Below are positions 9,670 through 18,537 of a stretch of DNA of 64,000 nt, piece by piece (the stretch's first letter is position 1; the number at the start of each line of letters is the position of its first letter). The position numbers and the translations under genes were made by a program. The notes under the pieces are model-generated. The model searched no databases and had not been told where the DNA came from. It saw nothing but the letters and a program-made list of their open reading frames with translations. This stretch comes from a virus. Taxonomy: Duplodnaviria; Caudoviricetes. The DNA is taken from the IMG/VR virus record IMGVR_UViG_3300029305_011823; one strand, given 5' to 3'.

Positions 9670-12066
9670 TTATTTAAACCATATTTCGTCCCCATACTGC
9701 TTGATAGTCCTATCAGTTGTAAATGGGAAACTGTTTGCTATATTTATTAAACATTTTTTGTTCCATTCTCTTCTGTTATTTTTGTATAAACTATTCATTT
9801 CATATGTTTTATCAAGATATTCTTGTAAATCTGTTAATGTGAAGAAATGGTCATTTGACATTAATTCCCAATATAATTCTTCACCAGCTCTATCAATTTG
9901 TTTTAACATTTCCATTGCTTTTTCTATCTTGTTGTTTGTTTTAACTATATGTCTTCCACTTAAATCTGTCCATGTAGCATATCTATTTAAAACTTCATCT
10001 TTACGTAAACCGAATAAGAATATATTTTCTTCTCCTACATATTCAGTTATCTCAACATTAGCACCATCTAATGTACCTAATGTTAAAGCACCATTCATCA
10101 TGAATTTCATATTTGATGTTCCAGATGCTTCTTTAGATGCAGTTGGTATTTGTTCAGATATATCTGTAGCAGGTATTATTAATTCTGCTTTAGAAACATT
10201 GTAATCTTCTATAAATACAAGTTTCATTTTTCCATTTACTCGTTCGTCATTATTTATAACTTTTGCTAATTTATTAAATACTTTTATAACATTCTTAGCT
10301 GATCTATAACTAGCTGCCGCTTTACCAGCCATTATAAATGTCATAGGATAAAATTCTTTTTCTGGATTTTCTAATAAATCGTTGTATATCATCATTATTC
10401 TTAATACGTTCATTATTTGTCTTTTATACATATGAATACGTTTTATCTGAACGTCGAATATACTATTAGGATCTAAATCCAATCCTGTCTCTCTTATAAA
10501 TCTTTGTTTATTAAGCATTTTAATATCATTTATTGTCCATAATATTGCACCTGTATCATGGAATTGTTCTAATTCTTTCATTTGTTTAAGATCCTGTTTC
10601 CAACCTTCTCCTAATATTGTAGTTATGAATCTAGTTAAATCAGGATTTGCTAATAATAACCATCTTCTATGTGCTATACCATTTGTTTTGTTATTAAATG
10701 CTTGTGGTTTATCCATATAGAAATCTTTAAGAGTTTCTTCTTCTAATATTTCTGTGTGTAATGCAGCAACTCCGTTTATACTATAGCTACACATACAATC
10801 CATATTAGCCATACGTACGTTTCCGTAGTTATCTATTATTTTCATTCTATCTATTTTAGATGTATTATATCCTTTTACTTTTCTTAAATACTCTACATAT
10901 CTTCTGTCTATTTCTTGTATTATCATATATATTCTTGGAATTAAAGATTGTAACATATACCCACTCCATACTTCAAGAGCTTCTTGCATTATTGTGTGGT
11001 TTGTATAACTACAAACTTTAGTTGTTACATTCCAAGCTTCATCCCATCCTAATCCTTCTTCATCCATTAACACCCTCATTAATTCAGGTATAACTAAAGA
11101 TGGATGTGTATCATTTATATGAACTGCAAGATGTTTATCTAGTTCTCTTAAATTCACTCCACGTTTTTTGAATTTATTAACTAAAGATTGTATACCTGCA
11201 GAACATAGGAAATATTCTTGTTTTAATCTTAATTCTTTACCTTCATGTGTAGAATCATCTGGATAAAGATTCTCACATATTTGATTTATTAATGTCCTTC
11301 TTCTTTGCATGTTATTATCATGACAATAGTTTATTCCACATTCATCAAGAATATTATAAGAAGGCATATCAGCTTCCCAAGTTCTTAAATAGTTCACTGT
11401 ATTATTTTCATAACCAGGAACTGGTATATCATATGCTCTTGCTACTATTGGTTCATAGTTTTCAAGAATTGGAACTAAATCATTTCCATTAGTTTCAAAT
11501 CTAACCGAACCTCTAAGTTTGATTATATATTCTTCACCTGATTTTGAATCCCAAGCATAATAACCATTCTTAAGCCATCTATCAGGTAACTCAACTTGCT
11601 CATCATTAAATATTTCTTGTTTGAACAACCCATGTCTATATCTTATAGTTTGACCATAACCTGCATATTCTAAACACGCCATTGAATCTATGAAACAAGC
11701 AGCTAATCTACCTAATCCTCCGTTTGCTATAGCTGGTTCTGGTTCTACTTCAACTAATTCATTTAAATCCCAATCAAGGTCATCCATAACTTCATTCACT
11801 ACATCTTCTAATCCTCTATTTAAAATTATTGATTTAAGTTGTTTTCCTAATAAGAACTCTATTGAAAAATAATGTACCTCTTTCTTCCCTTCAAGATTTT
11901 GATTACATCTTTTCCAATCTTCTGACATTGTATCTTTTAAAGAATTTGCTAAAACGTCAAATCTTTCAAATACATTTAATTGATCTACATTCTTTTGAAA
12001 TATTTTAGTTGCGTTTTTTTCAATTAACTTTTTAAAATTATCAACTCTATCAAATTCTTTTATCAT
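9670..12066 (-). CDS. glgP: glycogen/maltodextrin phosphorylase
   Basis: NGGLGRLAACF, LYPDDS, LRLKQEY, HINDTHP, NKTNGI, QIKRIHMYKRQ, PLP-site EASGTSNMKF, GTLDGANVE. Confidence 0.96.
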   Translation of the reverse strand: MIKEFDRVDNFKKLIEKNATKIFQKNVDQLNVFERFDVLANSLKDTMSEDWKRCNQNLEGKKEVHYFSIEFLLGKQLKSIILNRGLEDVVNEVMDDLDWDLNELVEVEPEPAIANGGLGRLAACFIDSMACLEYAGYGQTIRYRHGLFKQEIFNDEQVELPDRWLKNGYYAWDSKSGEEYIIKLRGSVRFETNGNDLVPILENYEPIVARAYDIPVPGYENNTVNYLRTWEADMPSYNILDECGINYCHDNNMQRRRTLINQICENLYPDDSTHEGKELRLKQEYFLCSAGIQSLVNKFKKRGVNLRELDKHLAVHINDTHPSLVIPELMRVLMDEEGLGWDEAWNVTTKVCSYTNHTIMQEALEVWSGYMLQSLIPRIYMIIQEIDRRYVEYLRKVKGYNTSKIDRMKIIDNYGNVRMANMDCMCSYSINGVAALHTEILEEETLKDFYMDKPQAFNNKTNGIAHRRWLLLANPDLTRFITTILGEGWKQDLKQMKELEQFHDTGAILWTINDIKMLNKQRFIRETGLDLDPNSIFDVQIKRIHMYKRQIMNVLRIMMIYNDLLENPEKEFYPMTFIMAGKAAASYRSAKNVIKVFNKLAKVINNDERVNGKMKLVFIEDYNVSKAELIIPATDISEQIPTASKEASGTSNMKFMMNGALTLGTLDGANVEITEYVGEENIFLFGLRKDEVLNRYATWTDLSGRHIVKTNNKIEKAMEMLKQIDRAGEELYWELMSNDHFFTLTDLQEYLDKTYEMNSLYKNNRREWNKKCLINIANSFPFTTDRTIKQYGDEIWFK

Positions 12067-12265
12067 ATTAATTATTCTCCTTTTCCTATTCCATAATTTT
12101 ATTAATTCATTGTATATACCCATATAAATTTTAACAAAAAAGGAAGCTTCGAAACTTCCTTTTTATTCTCATTATTAATGTTTCCTTACGGTTCATTGAT
12201 GTAACTGAACCATTTGCTATTAAATATTTTGTAAGTTTTGTCATCTGTTTTTTCTCCTCACATGA

Positions 12266-12796
12266 TTATTTTAATACATCTTTTATCCAACTAGGACATG
12301 TTGTTTTAGCACCTGATCTTCTCCAAGCTTTCCACAACTCTTCACGTTTCTTTGTTTCCTCATCTACAACTGTATATGTTATTTTAACATTAGTTGTATT
12401 CGGGTCTCTCCAAATTTCTAAGAATTCATTAACAGCTTCAGCTTCAGATACTTCTCCTTCTAATGGTGTATTCTTTTCTAAATCGTAAACCATAGTTCTA
12501 GCATTATTACTTAATTCATCATTTCGTCTTGCTAAATCTAATATCACTGATATATGAATGAAATCTTGTTCATCTGGATAAACGTCACCATATTGATCCG
12601 TGAAACTAACAGTTATTGTATCTTTATATTCATCTTTTATATCATTCCATATTATTGAATACGTATGCATTCGGTACCCAAAATAATTTCCAATATCTTT
12701 ATATTTCACCCATATACCGTCATTATAAGCAACATAACCAATTTCAACTTCTTTACCATACTTCATTAATTTGTAAAATTTTAATTCACTATTCAT
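12266..12796 (-). CDS. BRO-N-like DNA-binding protein
   Basis: IWVKYKDIGNYFGY...FIHISVILDL pattern resembles Bro-N. Confidence 0.5.
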   Translation of the reverse strand: MNSELKFYKLMKYGKEVEIGYVAYNDGIWVKYKDIGNYFGYRMHTYSIIWNDIKDEYKDTITVSFTDQYGDVYPDEQDFIHISVILDLARRNDELSNNARTMVYDLEKNTPLEGEVSEAEAVNEFLEIWRDPNTTNVKITYTVVDEETKKREELWKAWRRSGAKTTCPSWIKDVLK

Positions 12797-12825
12797 AATA
12801 TCATTCTCCTTTATTTTTATAATTT

Positions 12826-13181
12826 TTATTGTTAACATGATTAAGTCTAATAATGTTGTATATACTTATTATATCCTAATTACTCGAGCTTGGCTGGTAC
12901 TCATACCATTCACACCTTTTCAGGTTAACCCCTCTCTTTCTCTCAGGATTAATGTCTTCAGCATAGATTTTAAAATCCTTAGCTTACTATAACATTAGAA
13001 TATCCATTCACCTAATTACTCGAGCTTGGCTGGTACTCATACCATTCACACCTTTTCAGGTTAACCCCTCTCTTTCTCTCAGGTTCATACTTTTGGCATA
13101 GTCTTAGACCTTAGCCTACGGTATTAGAATATTCAGTTTTGTATTTTTAATTATTATTAAACTTAATCATGTTAACAATAA
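12826..13181 (-). ncRNA. unknown structured RNA: two tandem domains inside a 29-bp terminal inverted repeat
   Basis: IR 12826-12854 / 13153-13181 (one G-U on minus strand); identical 73-nt direct repeat; covarying hairpins; late promoter at 13179-13190. Confidence 0.7.
12875..13083. repeat. perfect 73-bp direct repeat, 2 copies (12875-12947, 13011-13083), period 136
   Basis: cctaattactcgagcttggctggtactcataccattcacaccttttcaggttaacccctctctttctctcagg read twice. Confidence 0.95.
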
Positions 13182-13205
13182 TTACTTGTTATATTAAATA
13201 TAGTT

Positions 13206-13237
13206 AATCAATAAGGATAAATTTATCCTTATTGATT
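13206..13237 (-). terminator. intrinsic terminator-like hairpin
   Basis: aatcaataaggata-aatt-tatccttattgatt after the 13251 gene stop. Confidence 0.6.
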
Positions 13238-13250
13238 ATTTGATTCATCA

Positions 13251-14165
13251 TTAGAATAAATGTTTAAATTTTTCGTTATTGATTTTAAATTTGTTCATTT
13301 TAGCATATGCTAATTTTATATTTTCAGGAACTTTCATATCTTTATTATTTACAACTGCTTCTAATAATTTATAATTAAGATATTTATCTATTAACGTTTC
13401 TTTTCTTCCTGTTCTTTCATTAAATCTTACTATTGAATTACAAGCTGCGTGTAATGCTTTTTCAAATTTTTCTTCAGATAATGCACCACAAGTTTTATAT
13501 AAGAATGATTGTATTCTTGTTGCATATGGTTTATGTTTTTCATCTATATTCTTATCTATTCCTGCTTTACAACATGCTGTTACAAATTCTTCTGGTTGTA
13601 AATCTGGAATTGCTTGTGTTAATATTGCTCCTAAAACATTTTCACTTATAGCACTTATTGAATATTTACCATTATATGCTTTAAATAATATCTCTGGTAA
13701 ATTTTCTAAAATGTTTTCAACTTCTTTAGATCTAAAGAATGGAGTTACTTCATATCCCCTAACTGTTTTAACTGAAGACATTAATATTACTATATCAGTT
13801 TCTTTATGTCCTGTTATATTCATTCCTAATTCTATTTCTCTTAATTGATATCCTAACATATAAGCTTCATTTGCTAATTCTTTATCTTCTATATGATGTG
13901 TTGCTGTATATAATACAAATGCCATATTAAAGTTAATTCTTGAATCTCCTGAATTTATTAAATATGAAATTGTATTCATAAATCTTTTTCCTCTAATGAT
14001 TTCACACACTTCATTAAATTCTTTCTTAGCTTTATAATTATACATGTTATTTACAAAATAATCTATTATCACTTCTTGATAATCTATTACAGCTGCTTCT
14101 AATTCTTGCATTGTTAAATCATAACTCATTTCATTTACAAATCCTTTTATATTTAGTTCTCTCAT
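13251..14165 (-). CDS. hypothetical protein (304 aa, helical)
   Basis: ORF with AGGAGG RBS. Confidence 0.7.
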   Translation of the reverse strand: MRELNIKGFVNEMSYDLTMQELEAAVIDYQEVIIDYFVNNMYNYKAKKEFNEVCEIIRGKRFMNTISYLINSGDSRINFNMAFVLYTATHHIEDKELANEAYMLGYQLREIELGMNITGHKETDIVILMSSVKTVRGYEVTPFFRSKEVENILENLPEILFKAYNGKYSISAISENVLGAILTQAIPDLQPEEFVTACCKAGIDKNIDEKHKPYATRIQSFLYKTCGALSEEKFEKALHAACNSIVRFNERTGRKETLIDKYLNYKLLEAVVNNKDMKVPENIKLAYAKMNKFKINNEKFKHLF

Positions 14166-14216
14166 ATACTTACCTCCTAAAATTTTTATAATTTATTTTT
14201 TGGAACATATAAATTA

Positions 14217-14567
14217 CTAATCTAAGTTATCCCATTCTTTAAATTGTGCTTTTAAGCTCTCAACATGTGTTTGCTTCCATTCATCTCTAACTTCTGGTAT
14301 CCTTTTAACAAATTCATCTTTTATTACAGACTCTTCTGCCCAAGATATAATTTTCTTACAAAAATCATTCACATATAATTCTCCTAATTCATCTAAGGCT
14401 TCTTCTTTTTCTTTATCACTCATTGAATTATGAGTTAAGCAATACATTGTTATTGCTCTACTATATTCATTTCCTTTCATTGCTTCAACAGCTGCTAAAT
14501 CTATCGCTTCACTAAGACTAAACTCTTTATTTCTTTTTTTCATTATATCTTCTCTTTTTATAGCCAT
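14217..14567 (-). CDS. hypothetical early protein
   Basis: ORF, RBS, early promoter at ~14603-14639. Confidence 0.65.
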   Translation of the reverse strand: MAIKREDIMKKRNKEFSLSEAIDLAAVEAMKGNEYSRAITMYCLTHNSMSDKEKEEALDELGELYVNDFCKKIISWAEESVIKDEFVKRIPEVRDEWKQTHVESLKAQFKEWDNLD

Positions 14568-14676
14568 GGTATCTACCTCCAAATATTTTTATTTTACTTC
14601 ATCTATATAATATAGCATTGAAATAGCACCTTTTTACAGTAATAAAATAAGTTATGGTGACTTAAATCACCATAAC

Positions 14677-14865
14677 TTATTCTTTATTTTTATCATGATT
14701 TTTCTTTATTACTAAATATAGTTCTTTCAATTTAAGGAATATTGCTGCACAAGCTACAGCAGATAATAAACCTTTCATAACCACGTCTTGTATAACGATT
14801 AATCCTGTGACTAATAACATACCTATTATAAGCACATCGCAAACTAAATTGAAAGTTCCTTTCAT
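14677..14865 (-). CDS. small 2-TM membrane protein
   Basis: Hydrophobic ORF with basic tail. Confidence 0.55.
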   Translation of the reverse strand: MKGTFNLVCDVLIIGMLLVTGLIVIQDVVMKGLLSAVACAAIFLKLKELYLVIKKNHDKNKE

Positions 14866-14867
14866 CT

Positions 14868-15074
14868 CTACTCACCCTTATGTCTTATTTTGTAATGCCC
14901 ATATATTCCTAATCCAGCTAATCCTATTAAACCTAATAGGAATCCGATTGCTGCCCAAATTCTAGCGTCAAAATTCATTCCATGTTCAACATTTAATTTC
15001 TCTGCCCATCTAAATCCTATGAATCCAAATAATATCCAAGCTATTAATTGTATTAACATTTCCATTTTTTTCAC
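14868..15074 (-). CDS. small membrane protein, paralog of 52020-52232
   Basis: WAAIGFLLGLIGL vs WSAVIGFIFGASGL. Confidence 0.55.
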   Translation of the reverse strand: MKKMEMLIQLIAWILFGFIGFRWAEKLNVEHGMNFDARIWAAIGFLLGLIGLAGLGIYGHYKIRHKGE

Positions 15075-15113
15075 GCTCCTTTTCTAAATAATTGTATATC
15101 GTATTATAAAAAA

Positions 15114-15782
15114 TTATTCTGATATATAAAATACAATCAATCTACCATTCTTAACACTATAATCACATGTATATAATCCAACTATATGACTATTCTCATC
15201 ATATTCAACACCATTAATAAAATAATCACTATTTTGTTTTATCAATGCCACAGCATCAGATGTTTCCATATTGTCAATTTGTTTATAAAAGAAATTGTTA
15301 TTTGTAACATAATAAGCAAACGGCTTGAATGTTTTTGTATTTTCTGCCGTTTCTATAGTCAATACAGACTCTTTAAATCTTTGATGGTCTTTTTGAAAAT
15401 AATGTAAGTTATTAAACATTGTTCCATTTTTCATACTATGTCCGTACAACATTGTATACTTACCATCAAAAGGTTCATCACTAGAGCAATAGAATATAGC
15501 TCCACTATTGCTTTCATTCCCTTGATAATCGTGATTGATATAAAAAATATTATCTGTATATGTCATAACAGGATAGTCTATAGCAGTTCCTTCTACTGTT
15601 ATCCAATCATATCCATGCTCTTTTAAATACTTACTAGTATCATTTGATCGTGTTTTTTCGTTTTGTACTTCTTCATAAGTTTTCTTAGCTTTATAATATT
15701 CCCATTGCTTTTGACCAATTTCCCATGAACTTATAGATAATACTGCAATTAATATTACATTTATAACATTCTTTAATTTCAT
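15114..15782 (-). CDS. srtB: class B sortase
   Basis: N-terminal TM anchor, WI.VEGT.IDYPV, FYINHD...SGAIF, catalytic YGH, LYTC and R (GRLIV). Confidence 0.9.
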   Translation of the reverse strand: MKLKNVINVILIAVLSISSWEIGQKQWEYYKAKKTYEEVQNEKTRSNDTSKYLKEHGYDWITVEGTAIDYPVMTYTDNIFYINHDYQGNESNSGAIFYCSSDEPFDGKYTMLYGHSMKNGTMFNNLHYFQKDHQRFKESVLTIETAENTKTFKPFAYYVTNNNFFYKQIDNMETSDAVALIKQNSDYFINGVEYDENSHIVGLYTCDYSVKNGRLIVFYISE

Positions 15783-15845
15783 AAATTATACCTCCTATAC
15801 TAAAATAAAAAATAGAGTGGAGAATCTTTCTCCACTCTATTTTAC

Positions 15846-16439
15846 TTATTCTTCATCTTTCTTTTTATTAACTACAAATAATCCTATACTTGCTGCTGCT
15901 ACTGTTATTGCTCCAACCATCATACCAGCATCTCCTGTATTTGGATCATGTATTTCTGGTTCTTCTTCTACTGGTGGATCGACTGGTTCGTCATCTTTAA
16001 AATCAGGCACACCGTTTCCATCTTCATCTTGTGGATATTTATAATCTATTCCTATTTTTACAGTTTTTACATCTGATGCTCCAAGAGGATCGTCAAGATC
16101 GTCAAGATCTACACTATTACGTATCAATCCAGACCCATTATTTTCTACATTTATTTTTTCCATTGGTACATTAACTTCAGATCCATCTTTTAATATTAAT
16201 TTAACGTATGTTATATTATAATTTTCAACCCATGCTGCTTTTATATCTGCTAATAAAATATTAGATGGTCCATCTAGTTCTAAAAAAACATTGTTATCTT
16301 GGAATATGAACACTTCATCTAATTTTATATTTTCAACAATTAACGCATCATTAACATGTACATCGTCTGCAAATACATTTCCGCTCATTCCAAATACTAA
16401 TAAACCTGCTACTAATAAACTTTTAACTTTTTTGTTCAT
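15846..16439 (-). CDS. secreted cell-wall-anchored protein, putative sortase substrate
   Basis: Signal peptide (..NVFA), acidic Pro-rich stalk, sorting signal DPNTG + hydrophobic helix + KKK tail. Confidence 0.8.
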   Translation of the reverse strand: MNKKVKSLLVAGLLVFGMSGNVFADDVHVNDALIVENIKLDEVFIFQDNNVFLELDGPSNILLADIKAAWVENYNITYVKLILKDGSEVNVPMEKINVENNGSGLIRNSVDLDDLDDPLGASDVKTVKIGIDYKYPQDEDGNGVPDFKDDEPVDPPVEEEPEIHDPNTGDAGMMVGAITVAAASIGLFVVNKKKDEE

Positions 16440-16524
16440 ATAAAATCTCTCCTTTTTAATTTATATTTTTTATTTAGTTTTCTCGATGCTTTTCTATTAA
16501 TATTTTGTTATTTGTTATATAAAA

Positions 16525-17004
16525 TTATATAAACTCGTAATTATTATTTATTATTTCTTCTATTTCAATCATTAGTTCATTCATTCTATCTAATACTAAA
16601 GTTATTTCTTCTTCTATTTCAGCTTTTTCTTGTTCGTTTGCAGCTATTGTATATTTTAATCCTAATTCCATTAATTCGTCTAAGCAATTATCTAATTCTA
16701 TAGTTAGTTTTTGTGTTGGTTTGATTCTATTTTTTGTCATATAATCAAATAAATTAATCGCATCGTTCATTGTTAAATCTTCGTCTTCTGTTATTGTAAA
16801 TAACACATTATCTATCAATCTCATTATTGCAAAATATTCTTGTTCTAAAACAACAACATCAATTTCTTGTTGAATATTTTCTTTTGTTGGTTCAGGTTCA
16901 TTATTTTGACATCCTGTCAACCCTAAACAACATAAAGTTAAGATAAGGGCTAAACCTATAATTGCTATATTTTTTATCAATTTTCCAATTATAATCTTTT
17001 TCAT
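16525..17004 (-). CDS. putative lipoprotein
   Basis: MKK + hydrophobic stretch + lipobox LTGC. Confidence 0.65.
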   Translation of the reverse strand: MKKIIIGKLIKNIAIIGLALILTLCCLGLTGCQNNEPEPTKENIQQEIDVVVLEQEYFAIMRLIDNVLFTITEDEDLTMNDAINLFDYMTKNRIKPTQKLTIELDNCLDELMELGLKYTIAANEQEKAEIEEEITLVLDRMNELMIEIEEIINNNYEFI

Positions 17005-17054
17005 TTATATCATTCCCCTTTCTATTCTAAATATTTGTTATATATGTTATAAAA

Positions 17055-17082
17055 AAATAAGATACCTTGAGGTATCTTATTT
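17055..17082 (-). terminator. terminator hairpin of AGATAC...GTATCT family
   Basis: aaataagatacc-ttga-ggtatcttattt overlapping stop codon; similar at ~17782, 20523, 22164, 30539. Confidence 0.65.
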
Positions 17083-17703
17083 CCATTCCATTCCATACAT
17101 GTCTTCGTATATTTTGTTGAATTCTTCTTCATTCATTATTATTTTTCTTGACTCATTTAACATGTCTTCTGCATATTTTGTATTGAATCTAGCATATCCT
17201 TTTTCTCCATATTTGTCTTGTAAATGACTTATTACTTCTTCATATATTTCTTTGTTGTTTTTATCTGGATAATGTTTTCTGTTCCATTTATATGTTCTTT
17301 CTATCATTGTGTATATATCATTCATTCTGTCTGCGTCTGAAACTATCTTGCTATATATACTTGTGTATTCTCCTTTGTAACTTGCTCTATGCTCTTCTAC
17401 TGCTTTTGCTATTATTTCAATTTGCTCTTCGTTAAAGTATTCTTTTAACTCTTCTTCTCTTCTTACGATTTCACCTGATTTTAGGTGATGTGTTTCTCTG
17501 TCATATTTTAATCCTAGGTCGTGCATTGCTGCTATTGTTTTTACCATGTTTATGTTTAACTCAACATGTTCATCTTTCATCATGTTTTTTGCAATGTATT
17601 CTGAATTTTGTATTACCATTCTTGCATGATCTTTGTTGTGTGCTGGATCGAAACTTTCATATCTTTCTATTATACTTTCTAAATATTGATTTAATTTTTT
17701 CAT
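17077..17703 (-). CDS. HD-domain phosphohydrolase
   Basis: H...H, AAMHDLG, HH, EH, DAD motifs. Confidence 0.85.
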   Translation of the reverse strand: MKKLNQYLESIIERYESFDPAHNKDHARMVIQNSEYIAKNMMKDEHVELNINMVKTIAAMHDLGLKYDRETHHLKSGEIVRREEELKEYFNEEQIEIIAKAVEEHRASYKGEYTSIYSKIVSDADRMNDIYTMIERTYKWNRKHYPDKNNKEIYEEVISHLQDKYGEKGYARFNTKYAEDMLNESRKIIMNEEEFNKIYEDMYGMEWK

Positions 17704-17802
17704 AATATCATTTCTCCTTCTAATTTTTATTTTACCTCACTATTATAATATGGTATCGTTTTTCTACAAATTACAGAAAAAAATAAGATACCTTAAGGTA
17801 TC

Positions 17803-18522
17803 TTATTCATCTAAAGTTTTTGGTAAGAAATAGTCGTTCATTACTAAGTCTGTCATTAATCCTGCACCTATAAAGAATACTGCTGCAGAATTTAATGTTG
17901 TTTTATTTGATAATTTATCTGTTAATTCATTCATTGCAACATAACCATCTCTTGCTATCTTTTTATTCATTTCAGCTTTCATAACCATATCATCAGCTCT
18001 CATAGACATAAGTTCTTTTAATGAAACATTTGCACCTACTGTAAGTAACGCTATAGTTTCTTGGTCAGAGTTTCTTGAGTTTTTATCATGACCTGCAACC
18101 TGACCAGTTATCATATTTCTTTCACTTATATCCGTAGATATACCTATCTTCTTGAAGTTAAGTTGTTGTAAACGTTTTATATTTAAATATCCAACTAGAC
18201 ATTCATGTTTAGTTATTATTGGATTATTTGGATCTTGACTTGCATAAGGTAAAACAACTTTTTCAAATAATGGTACATCTAAAAATTTTGCAGCCTTTTC
18301 TATATTTTCTATTTTTAATGGATTTTCGTAATCAACCATAGTTGCTGTTAAATATGGGTCATCTTGTTCAAATAGCAATTTAAAGTATTGATCGAATTCA
18401 GCATCTGACATACTTTTAAACTTATTTCTATAATATTCAGTGTTTCTTCCAGATGGGTCAAATAAATCAAAGAATCCATATATTAAATCTTCCATCTCTT
18501 TTCTTTTAGCTTTATTCATCAT
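17803..18522 (-). CDS. RNA polymerase beta extreme C-terminal subunit (virion RNAP, phiKZ gp149-like)
   Basis: VGYLNIKRLQQ...ITGQV...SDQETIALLTVGA..LKELMSMRADD parallels beta region I (GYMYMLKL...TQQP...EMEVWAL...LQEMLTVKSDD). Confidence 0.8.
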   Translation of the reverse strand: MMNKAKRKEMEDLIYGFFDLFDPSGRNTEYYRNKFKSMSDAEFDQYFKLLFEQDDPYLTATMVDYENPLKIENIEKAAKFLDVPLFEKVVLPYASQDPNNPIITKHECLVGYLNIKRLQQLNFKKIGISTDISERNMITGQVAGHDKNSRNSDQETIALLTVGANVSLKELMSMRADDMVMKAEMNKKIARDGYVAMNELTDKLSNKTTLNSAAVFFIGAGLMTDLVMNDYFLPKTLDE

Positions 18523-18537
18523 AATTATATATCACTC

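Noticed and set aside
12132-12245. 37-codon minus-strand ORF MTKLTKYL... with GAGGAG RBS
   Set aside because: Runs through a terminator hairpin and has no recognisable features; too weak to list
12826-13181. Known element: CRISPR mini-array, retron msr-msd, MITE, c-di-GMP-I, glycine, Moco or T-box riboswitch
   Set aside because: Repeat is 73 bp with structured, homologous 'spacers'; no reverse transcriptase or transposase in window and no clear target-site duplication; core consensus of those riboswitches not found in the right order. Kept as unknown ncRNA pending Rfam search
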